Assembly: GCA_043800755.1 (NCBI GenBank)
Contig: JAZDMQ010000083.1
Coordinates: 1 to 24,620, forward strand
Source: a bacterium
GTDB taxonomy: Bacteria; Methylomirabilota; Methylomirabilia; CAVQYV01
Length of the DNA stretch: 24,620 nucleotides
Direction: 5' to 3'
Below the pieces are notes generated by a model. That model worked only from the letters and a program-made list of their open reading frames with translations, had not been told where the DNA came from and made no database searches. Position numbers and translations under genes: made by a program. Below, one piece after another: positions 6,687 through 16,153 of the stretch (positions are counted from its first letter, which is position 1; the number at the start of each line of letters is the position of its first letter).

Positions 6687-8306
6687 TTGTTCACTGAGGT
6701 GGTGGTGAAAATCAGAGGACTGAGGATAACCCTTCTGACGCTCATCTTCATCGCTGGATTTGTCCTGCGTCTGTGGGGCAATACCTTTGGATTGCCCCAC
6801 AGGTATGCCCCAGATGAAGGGATGAAGGTGAAGGTTGCCCTCACCTACAAGGAAAGGGGCTACAGGCATTCATACTCTCAACCCTCCTTCCTTTATAATT
6901 CATTATATCTGTTGTCTCAGGCTGCGAAGGCGACAAGGCCACTCCTCGAAGGAAGAACACGCCTACAAAGGCTTCCTTTGCTGAGATATGAACCGAAGGC
7001 GTACCTCTTGTGGGTTGGGCGTTGTTGGATGGCCTTGCTGGGGGCCATCACGGTGCTCTTGGTATACCTTTTGGGAAGGAAGATAGGGGATGAGAGAGCT
7101 GGGGTCTTCGCGGCTGCACTGTATGCCTTTTGTCCGTTGCCGGTGATCTCTGCCCACTATATCAAGGAGGACACGCCGCTGGTCTTGTGGGTCACGCTGA
7201 CCTCTGTGCTCTGCATCTCCCTCATCGAGAGAGGGAGGAAGAGGGATTACCTCTATGCGGGCCTGGCAAGCGGTGCGGCCTTCGGCGCCAAGTATTCCGG
7301 GGGAATGGCCTTTATATTGCTGATCATTGCCCATCTTCTGCGGGAGAACACTGACAATCAGCTCCCTGATTCTGGGAGGGGAGGACAGGATAGGAGGGCA
7401 TGGCTGCTATTCCTTTCTGGAATATCCTTCCTCATCGGATTCGCGATCATCAGCCCCAACTTGCTTCTCAACATATCGGATCTATTCAAAGGGGTTATTT
7501 ATCAATCGAAATACATCCTCAGGGGACATCACGGCGGGATCACGGTGGGCGCCCTGGAAAACCTTTTCACCTTCTATTTGCGGAATGCCCTTTTCCCGGG
7601 AATTACGATCCCGGTGATGATCGGCGCCTTGGTGGGGATATGGCGACTGTGGGAGGAAAAGCGGGCGGTTGCGACCCTCATGTTGGCCTGGATCGTAGGT
7701 TATTATCTCTTTGCCGAGTCATCCCCCTCCAAGCCTTACCCCTTCTATTCCCGATACATCCTGCCCATCGTCCCCCATTTATGCGCACTGGCAGGGGTTT
7801 TTGGCTCTGCGGTCCTCTCTCGGAAATCGGTCCTTTGGAAGAAGTGGCCGATTCGCCTGGCCAGCGTGGCTTTGGTGCCGTTGATGTTTCTTCTGCCCGT
7901 CTATCTTTCCATTAGATATGTGTCCACCATGATTCCAGACACCAGAGATGTTGCAGGCCAATGGATCGATGCCAATATCCCCAAGGGCTCCATCTTGATC
8001 GTCTCCTCTGGGCTGTTCAGTTACGGAGCACCCATTGACCACAAGGCCTATCGCGAAGTGAAACTGTCGGACGAGGCCTACGAGGAATATAAGGCCTATA
8101 GGGGTGCGCAGGAGGTCCTTTTGATAGTGAATGGATTCTTGTACGAGAGGTTTTTGGAAAACCCGGACGATGTCCCCAAAAAGACCAAGATGTATCGGGA
8201 GATCTTCACCCGGGAAAGATTGCTGAAGGAATTCAAACCTCCCTTCAAACCATATGGCTTCAATAACCCCGTGATTCGAATCTATGCATTCAATCGTGAA
8301 AGCTGA
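6687..8306 (+). CDS. Polytopic GT-C glycosyltransferase (ArnT/PMT, GT39/GT83-like)
   Basis: LRLWGxxFGLP..PDE first-loop motif, AHYIKED, AKY, RYILP, many TM helices and a C-terminal periplasmic domain. The start may instead be GTG 6705. Confidence 0.82.
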   Translation: MFTEVVVKIRGLRITLLTLIFIAGFVLRLWGNTFGLPHRYAPDEGMKVKVALTYKERGYRHSYSQPSFLYNSLYLLSQAAKATRPLLEGRTRLQRLPLLRYEPKAYLLWVGRCWMALLGAITVLLVYLLGRKIGDERAGVFAAALYAFCPLPVISAHYIKEDTPLVLWVTLTSVLCISLIERGRKRDYLYAGLASGAAFGAKYSGGMAFILLIIAHLLRENTDNQLPDSGRGGQDRRAWLLFLSGISFLIGFAIISPNLLLNISDLFKGVIYQSKYILRGHHGGITVGALENLFTFYLRNALFPGITIPVMIGALVGIWRLWEEKRAVATLMLAWIVGYYLFAESSPSKPYPFYSRYILPIVPHLCALAGVFGSAVLSRKSVLWKKWPIRLASVALVPLMFLLPVYLSIRYVSTMIPDTRDVAGQWIDANIPKGSILIVSSGLFSYGAPIDHKAYREVKLSDEAYEEYKAYRGAQEVLLIVNGFLYERFLENPDDVPKKTKMYREIFTRERLLKEFKPPFKPYGFNNPVIRIYAFNRES

Positions 8307-8491
8307 GATATGCTCCCCGGTGTTGGGCAAGGGCTGTGAGGGGAGGTCGGTTGTCTCTCAATCGACCGGGAGGTGCCTTGCAAGATTCGCCTTGTCAGCG
8401 GGGTTAAGGGGTACAGTCTGAATTGTAACTCTTCATTTCCGGGAACCCCCGCCCTCTGGGCGAGGAGCTTCAACCCCCAAAGGAGTTCTCC

Positions 8492-9166
8492 ATGATTCCC
8501 ATCATATCGATCGTTGGCAGGTCCGGGAGCGGGAAGACCACGCTGCTGGAGGCCCTGATCCCCTTGCTTCGGGCAAGGGGCTACCGGGTTGGTACGGTCA
8601 AGCATGGAAGCCATGGGTTTCATTTGGATCAGGAGGGAAAGGATAGTTGGCGGCATGCCCAGGCGGGGGCAGAGGTGGCAGCAGTCTCCACCCCTGAAGG
8701 ATTAGGGATCTTCCAGAGGCTGGGTAGAGAAAAAAGCCTGGAGGAGTTGATGAACTCTTACCTCTCGGACATGGACCTCATTCTGGCCGAGGGATACAAG
8801 AGCGAGGCGAGACCCAAGGTGGAGGTGCACCGGAGCCAGATTGGAGGGGGGTTGCTGACCAGCAAACAGGAGGGCCTCCTGGCGGTGGTGAGCGATGTCC
8901 CCCTTGCAGTGGAGGTGCCCCTCTTCCCCCTCGACGATTCCAAGCCGCTGGCGGATTTTTTGGAGGAAAAATTCCTCTCAAGAAGAGAGAGGGAGCAGGT
9001 GCAGCTCCTGATTGACGGTCGCAGGATTCCCCTGAACCCCTTCGTGCAGGATCTGTTTCGTTCGATGCTTCCTGCCATGGTCGCACCTCTCAAGGGGATT
9101 GGCCCCTTCTCCCGGCTTTCCCTGCGCCTGGGGATCTCGGAGGACAAGGGGGTCAGTCGTCAATGA
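8492..9166 (+). CDS. mobB: Molybdopterin-guanine dinucleotide biosynthesis protein B with C-terminal extension
   Basis: IVGRSGSGKTTL P-loop, VGTVKH, DQEGKDSWRHAQAGA, DLILAEGYK, PKVEV; AAGGAG RBS. Confidence 0.93.
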   Translation: MIPIISIVGRSGSGKTTLLEALIPLLRARGYRVGTVKHGSHGFHLDQEGKDSWRHAQAGAEVAAVSTPEGLGIFQRLGREKSLEELMNSYLSDMDLILAEGYKSEARPKVEVHRSQIGGGLLTSKQEGLLAVVSDVPLAVEVPLFPLDDSKPLADFLEEKFLSRREREQVQLLIDGRRIPLNPFVQDLFRSMLPAMVAPLKGIGPFSRLSLRLGISEDKGVSRQ

Positions 9167-9251
9167 GGGGTTCCTCCTCTTTCCATGTTGATCTTCTGGA
9201 CCTGGGCCTATTGGGTCCTCAGGAGGAAGGGCAGAGGACAGATATTCGCCG

Positions 9252-10391
9252 ATGAAGATCGGGGTGGTGGTCAAGGATTTCATCTCGCAGCGAGGCGGGG
9301 TAGAGCGCTTTGCCTGGCAGTTCGTGGCCCAGTCTCAGGAAAGAGGCCACGAGGTCCATGTCCTGGCCAACCGGTGGAATAGAGAGGAAGAAGGGCGTTT
9401 TACCCTCCACCGGGTTCCTGCCCTGAGATGGCCGTCTCTGGCCAAGCTGATCAGCTTCCCCTTGATGGCCGATCGTCTCCTCCGGGGGTTGGCCCCCTTC
9501 GATATCGTCTTCGGCCTCACCCCCCTTTTTTCCCTGGATGTCTATCGTCTGGGGGAGGGGCTCCATCGCGAAGTGCTCCAACGCCGCTACCGGAGCAGCC
9601 TGACCAGGGCCTGGAAGCGTCTCGGCTTCAAGAGCCAGTTCCTCCTCTGGATGGAGAAGAGGATGTTCTCCCCCGGCCATTTTCGGAGGGTCATCACCAT
9701 TTCCGAGGCCTCGCGGCGCCAGCTCATCGGCTACTACCAGATCCCCCAGGAGCAGGTCATCACCATTTACAATGGAGTCGATCTGCAACGGTTCAATCCG
9801 ACGGTGAGGGAGGCCCACCGCGGCGCTGCCCGGAGAAAATGGGAGATTGAGGAGGAGGAGATGGCCGTGCTCTTTGTGGGCAATGACTTCCGTCGCAAGG
9901 GTCTGATGCCTCTGCTTCAGGCCATAGGGCTCTTGCACCGGAGGGGGATGAGGGTGAAGGGCCTGGTGGCGGGAAGGGGATCCCCCCGCCCCTTCGCGCA
10001 ACTGATCCGAGGGTTGGGGATTGAGGGAAGGATCCTCTTCTTGGGCGGGATAGACCAGGTGGAGGAGGCCTACGCCGGCGCAGATCTCTTCGTCTTGCCC
10101 AGCTACTACGATCCCTTTGGATATGCTTGCCTGGAGGCGCTGGCCTGTGGCCTTCCGGTCATCACCACTCAGTATGCTGGGGCCTCGGAGATCATCGAGG
10201 AGGGAAAGAATGGTCGGGTGATTCCCTCGCCCGAACCGGATTCATTGGCCGAGGCGATTGCCACCATTTATCAGGAAGGAGCTTGGGGAAGGGTAAACCA
10301 GTCCTCTTGGGAGAGCGCCCGGGCACATCCTGCGGACAGGAATACTGAGGCGATCCTTTCCCTCTTCTCCCGGTTAAGGGGGGCCTCCTGA
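9252..10391 (+). CDS. GT4 glycosyltransferase, LPS core WabG/WaaG-like
   Basis: GGVER, DVYRLGEGLH (resembles the WabG-type DxYRAGDGVH), IYNGVD, FVGNDFRRKGL, PSYYDPFGYACLEA. Confidence 0.85.
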   Translation: MKIGVVVKDFISQRGGVERFAWQFVAQSQERGHEVHVLANRWNREEEGRFTLHRVPALRWPSLAKLISFPLMADRLLRGLAPFDIVFGLTPLFSLDVYRLGEGLHREVLQRRYRSSLTRAWKRLGFKSQFLLWMEKRMFSPGHFRRVITISEASRRQLIGYYQIPQEQVITIYNGVDLQRFNPTVREAHRGAARRKWEIEEEEMAVLFVGNDFRRKGLMPLLQAIGLLHRRGMRVKGLVAGRGSPRPFAQLIRGLGIEGRILFLGGIDQVEEAYAGADLFVLPSYYDPFGYACLEALACGLPVITTQYAGASEIIEEGKNGRVIPSPEPDSLAEAIATIYQEGAWGRVNQSSWESARAHPADRNTEAILSLFSRLRGAS

Positions 10392-10394
10392 GCC

Positions 10395-11243
10395 ATGGGG
10401 GGTTTCCTCAAACTACTTCAAGAAGGTCCCTTCCCTTACTCCCTTAGGCAGAGGGGAAGGAGGAAGCTCCTCATCCGCAGCGATTGGGAGGGGGAGGACC
10501 TGTTGGAGATCCTCTTCTGCGAGATGGAGCAGCTAGAAGGGAACTCTGCCTGCGAATTAATTCCCACCTCGAAGGGAAGCCTGGTTTTTAAGATAAAGGG
10601 GGCGAAGGGTGAGCTCTATCTGAAGTATTTTCAGGGCCAAGGCTGGAAGGGTCGGCTCAAGGTCCTGCTGCGAGGAACAAGGGCTCAGAGGTCTTGGAGA
10701 GGAGGCAGTCTGTTACGGAGATCGGGATTTACTACCCCTTCCTTGATCGGCCTGGGGATGAGCTCTTCCTCCTTCTCCCCCCCTCTCGATTTTCTCCTGA
10801 CCGAGGCAGTCCGAGGCCTTCGGCTGAAGCAATTGCTCAAGGATGGCTTCGAAAAATGGCTGGCGGAAAGGGGATGGGAAAAGGGTGCCTTTCTCAAGAT
10901 GCTGGCCCTGACCGTTGCTGAGCTCCATCGCCGCGGGATCTATCACGGAGACCTGAATCCCACCAATATCCTGGTTAATCCGGAGGGCGATCTTGGTCTT
11001 TCCACTTTCTGCTTCTTGGATAATGCCCGCTGCCGGCGGATGAGAAGGGTCCCTTATGCCTTACGGGTGAGGGACCTCTCCGGGTTGAATAACCCGCGGC
11101 TTCCTTCCATCTCCGTGCGAGATCGCCTTCGTTTCTTTGCCATCTACGAAAAACACCTGGGTGCCCATGATCCGGGGGAGATGATGGAGGAGATCTGGCA
11201 GCGATCGATCCGACCCCGCAAGCGCCACCGCCAGGGGCCCTGA
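10395..11243 (+). CDS. Lipopolysaccharide kinase (Kdo/WaaP/InaA family)
   Basis: LYLKYF, GFTTP, FLLTE, catalytic loop LHRRGIYHGDLNPTNILV, FLD, RVRDLSGLN, DRLRFFxxY. Confidence 0.85.
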   Translation: MGGFLKLLQEGPFPYSLRQRGRRKLLIRSDWEGEDLLEILFCEMEQLEGNSACELIPTSKGSLVFKIKGAKGELYLKYFQGQGWKGRLKVLLRGTRAQRSWRGGSLLRRSGFTTPSLIGLGMSSSSFSPPLDFLLTEAVRGLRLKQLLKDGFEKWLAERGWEKGAFLKMLALTVAELHRRGIYHGDLNPTNILVNPEGDLGLSTFCFLDNARCRRMRRVPYALRVRDLSGLNNPRLPSISVRDRLRFFAIYEKHLGAHDPGEMMEEIWQRSIRPRKRHRQGP

Positions 11244-11247
11244 CACC

Positions 11248-12249
11248 ATGAAGAAAATCCTCTTGCTGACCCGTTTTCGCCACCCCTGGAATAACGGGCA
11301 CTATTATGCCCAAGGCCTACGAGAGTTGGGCCTTACTGTCCAGGGGTTTGACCCAGAGGCCGCCTCTGATCCGGAGGAGGATTTTTTTTCATCCCTGGAG
11401 ACCTTTTCCCCTCACCTCTTGCTATTGACCAAAGGGACTGGGGTTCGCGAGCACTGGCTTGATGCAGCCAGATCCAAGTCCATTCCCATGGTGCAATGGC
11501 ATCCTGACCCGATCTACGATGGGACGGTGCTCAATCTGGCGCGGAGGGTGGATTTTTTCTTCACCATGGCCCAAGGTCTGGTAGAGGACTTCCGCAGAGC
11601 AGGTGTCGAGAAGGTCGCCTGGCTGTCCCAGGGCTTTGCTCCCTCCTTCTTTGAAATAGGAATCCCATCCCCTCAAAGTCGGGACTTCTTCGGCTCCACC
11701 TTGACTTTCGTGGGCAATCTCAGCGAACAGTCGGAATATATCGGCCGGAGAAGGAGTCTTGGTCGGGCGATGCGGGAGGGATTTGACTTGAAATGGTGGG
11801 GTCCGGAGCCCGCCCGCAAGCTCAGGAACCTCGCGTTTCGTCTTTCCCCGTTGGGGCATGCCTATGGAGGCCGGTTCGTTTATGGAAGCGAATATGCCCA
11901 GGTCGCCTCTCTCTCCGCTATCTTCCTGGCCTTTGATCGGGCCCCGCATCTGCGCAACTCCATGAGCCAACGGCTTTACATGGCGGTGGGATGTGGCGCC
12001 TTCTATCTTTGCCAGCACCTCGAGGGGATCGAAGAGGTCCTGGTGCCGGGCAGAGAGATCGAGACCTTCCACGGAGAGGAGGAAATGATGGAGAAGATTC
12101 GCCATTATGTGCCCCGGGAGGAGGCGAGGAGGAAGATCGCCGAACAGGGAAAGAGAAGGGTGTTGGCCCAATATACCTACCGGCACCGTTTCCTGGAGAT
12201 GTTTTCGCTCCTGCGCCAGGAGCTGGGGATTCGATTGCCCGGGGACTGA
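11248..12249 (+). CDS. CgeB/YkvP-like glycosyltransferase (Glyco_trans_1_2 type)
   Basis: TFVGN, MSQRLYMAVGCGAFYL, PGREIETF, RRKIAEQGKRRVLAQYTYRHR pattern; LPS cluster context. Confidence 0.75.
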   Translation: MKKILLLTRFRHPWNNGHYYAQGLRELGLTVQGFDPEAASDPEEDFFSSLETFSPHLLLLTKGTGVREHWLDAARSKSIPMVQWHPDPIYDGTVLNLARRVDFFFTMAQGLVEDFRRAGVEKVAWLSQGFAPSFFEIGIPSPQSRDFFGSTLTFVGNLSEQSEYIGRRRSLGRAMREGFDLKWWGPEPARKLRNLAFRLSPLGHAYGGRFVYGSEYAQVASLSAIFLAFDRAPHLRNSMSQRLYMAVGCGAFYLCQHLEGIEEVLVPGREIETFHGEEEMMEKIRHYVPREEARRKIAEQGKRRVLAQYTYRHRFLEMFSLLRQELGIRLPGD

Positions 12250-12255
12250 GGAGAG

Positions 12256-13401
12256 ATGAGTCAGCCTCGTCGCGTCCTTCATTTGATTACCTCCCTGGAT
12301 GTGGGAGGGGTCCAGAACCAGTTGGCCAAGGTCGTCTCCTCCTATGACCGGGAGTCATTCACTCCCTCGGTCTGCTGCCTGAGCGACAAGGGGGAGATCG
12401 GGGGGGAATTGGAGCAAAATGGCTTGGAGGTGCAGGCCTTGGGGGAAGAGGTTTCCGGTTTCAATCCGCGCCTCCTCCTAAGACTCTATCGACTGCTGCG
12501 GGCAGAGAAGGTCAGCATCCTCAGGGCCCACAAGTACCGCTCCGCCTTCTATGGGGTCTTGGCGGGCCGAATGGCCAAGGTTCCGGCGATCGTCCCCTCT
12601 TTTCACCTTCCCCAAGCCGTCCGCAAGCCGAGGAGGAGACTGATGATCCGCCTCCTCGCCCTGTTGAGCGATGAGGTCGTGGCCGTTTCCTACGCGGTCA
12701 AGGAGAATCTGGTAGATAGCATAGGCATTCCCCGATCCAAGGTCAAAGTCATCCACAACGGGGTCGATCTCACCGACTTCCAGAATCTACCTTCCAAGGA
12801 GGAGGCGAAGAGAAGATTGGGCGTCCCACCGGGCAGGTTGGTGATTGGGGCGGTGGGGAGGATGAAGGCCCAGAAGGGCTATAGTTTCCTGTTGCAGGCC
12901 CTGCCCCTCCTAAAGGAGGGAGGGCTTTCCAACTTTTGGGTCATCATGGTAGGGGAGGGAGAGGCCCGTTCGAGCCTGGAGAGGGAGGCGAGGGATCTTG
13001 GCTGCGGAGAGAAGGTGCATTTCCTGGGGATGCGGCGCGATGTTCCCTTTCTCTTGCGAGGCATGGATGTTTTTGCCTTCCCCTCGCTTTGGGAAGGCTT
13101 CGGGACCTCTCTGGTGGAGGCCATGGCGGCGGAGGTTCCGGCCATCGCCTCCGATCTTCCCTGCGTGCGGGAGATCATCCCGGACGAAAGGTACGGCCTC
13201 CTGGTCCCGCCCCGGGATGTGCAGGCTCTGGCAGCGGGCATTGTGAAGTTTCGGGGAGATGGGAAGTTGAGGGAATCCGTGGTGGAGGCAGCGAAGGATC
13301 GAGCATTTCAGAGTTTTTCCTTGGGTAAAGTGGTGAGTGCCTATCAGGATTTGTTCCGAGAGGTCTTGGCTCGCAAGAGGACTGAAGAGGGCATCGTATG
13401 A
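12256..13401 (+). CDS. GT4 glycosyltransferase
   Basis: LHLITSLDVGGVQ, IHNGVD, VGRMKAQKG, PSLWEGFGTSLVEAMAA. Confidence 0.9.
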   Translation: MSQPRRVLHLITSLDVGGVQNQLAKVVSSYDRESFTPSVCCLSDKGEIGGELEQNGLEVQALGEEVSGFNPRLLLRLYRLLRAEKVSILRAHKYRSAFYGVLAGRMAKVPAIVPSFHLPQAVRKPRRRLMIRLLALLSDEVVAVSYAVKENLVDSIGIPRSKVKVIHNGVDLTDFQNLPSKEEAKRRLGVPPGRLVIGAVGRMKAQKGYSFLLQALPLLKEGGLSNFWVIMVGEGEARSSLEREARDLGCGEKVHFLGMRRDVPFLLRGMDVFAFPSLWEGFGTSLVEAMAAEVPAIASDLPCVREIIPDERYGLLVPPRDVQALAAGIVKFRGDGKLRESVVEAAKDRAFQSFSLGKVVSAYQDLFREVLARKRTEEGIV

Positions 13402-14663
13402 GGAGGTGGCAGCAGGCTCTTTGCTGGCTCAGGTCTGACCCAGTGCAAGGGATGGCCGATCTGGTGTTCGAGGCCTCGTTCCTCGCCTTGGTGATGGTCC
13501 TCTTTTTCTCCCGCGATGCATCCAATGTGGCGTTGATCTTGTTCGGCCTTTCCTGGATGGTTCGTCGGCTGGCCGTCTCCCCTTTCCTGCCCCCGGTCTC
13601 CCTGCGATTTCCCCTCCTCTTTTTTTTGATCTCCCTGGCCCTCTCGGCCGTCTTTTCCGAGACGAGGTCCCACAGCCTCCAGCAGTTGTTCTCAGAGGTT
13701 CCCAAGGTCCTAGTGATCTTCTTCGGCTCCCTGGAATATCTCAAGGACCAGGCTCGACTCCGGAGGCTGTTCTGGGCTGCCACCTGGGTCATCCTGATCA
13801 TCGGAGTGGATGGGCTGCTGCAATTCTTCAATGGCCACGACCTGATCCGTGGGGCTGGGCTCTGGAAAGGGAGGGTGCGGGCCCATTTTCCATCTCCCAC
13901 CTTCTTTGAATACCCCCTCCCCCTCTTTCCCCTTTCTCTCTTACTGATGGAGGAGAGGACAAAATGGTGGAAGAGGGCCTTGGTCGGCCTGGCGGCGATC
14001 TCCTTTGCCGCCAGCTCGGTGCTTTCTCAAACCCGATCGGTCTGGATTGCCCTGGCGTTTATACTGCTTTTTTTGGCCCTCTTCTCCCGCCACAAGCTCC
14101 CATACCTCATTTTCATCGGGTGTTGCCTTCTGGCCCTGGCATTGCTTCCAATGACCAGGGGCAAGCAGAGGCTTTTGACGATCGGAGACTTCTTTTCCCA
14201 GCAGAGGTATCAGAGGATCCTGGGCTGGCAGATCAGCTATCGGATGTTCCTTTCCCGGCCCCTTCTGGGAAAGGGCTTGGACATTTTCGACAAGTACAAA
14301 CGCAATGCGGAGTTGCAGAAGCCTTATCTTCCCCCTCCTCTCTACGAGAAGGTCACTAAAAAAGGATCCGGGGCGGTCTTTCCTATTTATCATCCCCACA
14401 ATATCTATCTGGAGATCCTTGCCAGTCAAGGGTTGGTGGGGATTGCCTCGTTCACCAGTCTCCTCGTTGCCTTTGCCCTCTCTCTGTGGAGGAGACGCAG
14501 AGGACCTCCCCTTTATCTTTTGGCGACCTCGGCTTCGCTCTTTTCTTTTCTCATCTGCGCGGCCGCGGGGACCTCCTTTTACCATTTTTGGTCTTACGCT
14601 ATATTTTGGCTCCTTTTCGGGATGGGGATGGCCTTTGAGGGGGAGGACAGGATTGGATCCTGA
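13398..14663 (+). CDS. O-antigen ligase family (WaaL/Wzy_C) membrane protein
   Basis: Many TM helices, SQTRSVWIAL, RILGW..MFxxRPLLGKG, HPHNIYLEILASQGLVG; ATGA overlap with the upstream GT4. Confidence 0.87.
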   Translation: MRRWQQALCWLRSDPVQGMADLVFEASFLALVMVLFFSRDASNVALILFGLSWMVRRLAVSPFLPPVSLRFPLLFFLISLALSAVFSETRSHSLQQLFSEVPKVLVIFFGSLEYLKDQARLRRLFWAATWVILIIGVDGLLQFFNGHDLIRGAGLWKGRVRAHFPSPTFFEYPLPLFPLSLLLMEERTKWWKRALVGLAAISFAASSVLSQTRSVWIALAFILLFLALFSRHKLPYLIFIGCCLLALALLPMTRGKQRLLTIGDFFSQQRYQRILGWQISYRMFLSRPLLGKGLDIFDKYKRNAELQKPYLPPPLYEKVTKKGSGAVFPIYHPHNIYLEILASQGLVGIASFTSLLVAFALSLWRRRRGPPLYLLATSASLFSFLICAAAGTSFYHFWSYAIFWLLFGMGMAFEGEDRIGS

Positions 14664-15318
14664 AGAAGACAAATACAAGGCGAAGAGGAAGTATCGAGAT
14701 GCCCGCATCGCCCAACGCTATGACCGTACCCGATTTACGGGCATTCTGGGGAGGATCAAGCTAAGGCGAGATCGGTCTCTCGTTTTGCGTGCCCTCAGGG
14801 AGGTAGGGCCGGTTGGCCTTTTGCTGGATCTTCCCTCGGGGACCGGCCGGTTCACCCCGGTTCTGGAGAAAGGGGCGCAGCAAGTGGTCTCCGGGGATGT
14901 CTCTTTCGAGATGATGGAGGTGGCGGCCCGACGCTTTCCCTCCCCAAAGGTCAGCTATGTTCAGTGTTCGGTGGAGAGGTTGCCCTTCCAAGACGACTGC
15001 TTCGATCTGACCTTCACTGCCCGGTTCTTGCTGCACCTGCCAGGAGCCCTGCGCCAGGCCGCATTCCGTGAATTAGCTCGGGTGAGCAGGAGGTGGGTGC
15101 TCTTCGATTGCCTGATGGAGGGCGGGCCCAAGGGATGGCTGCGGAAGCTGCTCTCCCGGGCAAAAAGGGGGGGAAAATCCAAGAAGCGCATGGAGAAAGG
15201 GGACCTGGAGAGGGCCTTGAATCTGGCCGGGCTTCGGATCCGACATATCTATCGTCCTTCACGGCTCTTTTCCGAGAAGTGGATCGTCCTCTGCGAGAGG
15301 GAAGGCCGTTTGGCTTAG
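14653..15318 (+). CDS. Class I SAM-dependent methyltransferase
   Basis: LLDLPSGTGRF, GDVSFEMM, ERLPFQDDCFD, RFLLHLP, ELARVSR. Start re-assigned to TTG 14653 (GGAGG at 14642-14646) rather than 14305. Confidence 0.85.
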   Translation: MDPEEDKYKAKRKYRDARIAQRYDRTRFTGILGRIKLRRDRSLVLRALREVGPVGLLLDLPSGTGRFTPVLEKGAQQVVSGDVSFEMMEVAARRFPSPKVSYVQCSVERLPFQDDCFDLTFTARFLLHLPGALRQAAFRELARVSRRWVLFDCLMEGGPKGWLRKLLSRAKRGGKSKKRMEKGDLERALNLAGLRIRHIYRPSRLFSEKWIVLCEREGRLA

Positions 15319-15325
15319 GGGTGCA

Positions 15326-16153
15326 ATGGGCCTGATGAAGGGGTACCGAAAGGTTCACATTCTGGACTTTCATGGGTTCGTCAAGGAGCCCTGGCCTGCC
15401 TCCATCTCCCTGCAGGAGCTGTTGCCGGAGATAGGTCGAGCTGCGGGGACGATCATAAAGATGAGAGCGAACCGGGCGATCAAGATCCGGGAGGGTCTGC
15501 ACCTGAAAGAGGAGTTTCTGCGGGGATGGCAGAGCTGGCCTTTATGGCTCAAGGGCCTTTTGGGTCGGGGCAGGCTGCGACGGCAATGGCGGGCCAGCCT
15601 CATCGCCCAAGAGAGGGGAATTCCGACTCCCGAGCCCCTTGCGTATCTGGAGAGCAAACAGGGCCTGGTGCCCTTCAAATCCCTCCTGGTCACGCGATAT
15701 GCGGGAGGGTTTTCCACCCTGACGCACTACCTGCAGGGGAAGACCAGGGATGAGGCCTGGATCTCCCAGCAGGGGCGGGCCTTCCTTCGAGGCCTGGCCG
15801 ACATCGTACGGGGGATGCACAAGAAGGGCATGGTGCACCATGATCTGAAAGGGAGCAACATCCTGGTGAAGGAAGAGGGGGAGGCCTGGGAGTTCCTATT
15901 CACAGATTCGAAGGCCTCCCGCTTTGGAGATCGGGATGAGGGAAAAGTAGAGGCCCAAAAAAGGACAGGGGAAAGGGATATGGTCCGCCTCCTGGCGACC
16001 CTGCGCACCTTCTTCCCGGCATCGGAGCGTGGCTTTTTCCTGGAGTCTTACCTCTCCTGTGGCCCCCAGGAGGCCCGGCCGCTCATTAGCCGGTGGGAGG
16101 CGGAAAGCCTGAGATTCCCCTCCCCGAGACAACCGAACGATGAGCAGAAATAG
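15326..16153 (+). CDS. Lipopolysaccharide kinase (InaA/Kdo/WaaP family)
   Basis: GIPTPEPLAYLE, LLVTRY, MHKKGMVHHDLKGSNILV, FTD, ERGFFLESY. Confidence 0.82.
   Translation: MGLMKGYRKVHILDFHGFVKEPWPASISLQELLPEIGRAAGTIIKMRANRAIKIREGLHLKEEFLRGWQSWPLWLKGLLGRGRLRRQWRASLIAQERGIPTPEPLAYLESKQGLVPFKSLLVTRYAGGFSTLTHYLQGKTRDEAWISQQGRAFLRGLADIVRGMHKKGMVHHDLKGSNILVKEEGEAWEFLFTDSKASRFGDRDEGKVEAQKRTGERDMVRLLATLRTFFPASERGFFLESYLSCGPQEARPLISRWEAESLRFPSPRQPNDEQK

Noticed and set aside
8385-8420. Local resemblance to the 3' part of E. coli 6S RNA (CCTTG..GGGTTAAGGGGTACAG)
   Set aside because: No long closing rod or other 6S conserved elements and no typical ssrS gene context; kept only as a generic structured leader.
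9164-9382. mobB TGA is in frame with the ORF at 9185 and followed by stem-forming sequence (possible Sec or readthrough)
   Set aside because: No redox-motif context for Sec, the hairpin does not resemble a bacterial SECIS, and the extension would run out of frame deep into the GT4 gene.
14305-14652. Long N-terminal extension of the methyltransferase in the ORF track
   Set aside because: It overlaps the O-antigen ligase by about 350 nt; TTG 14653 has a good RBS.
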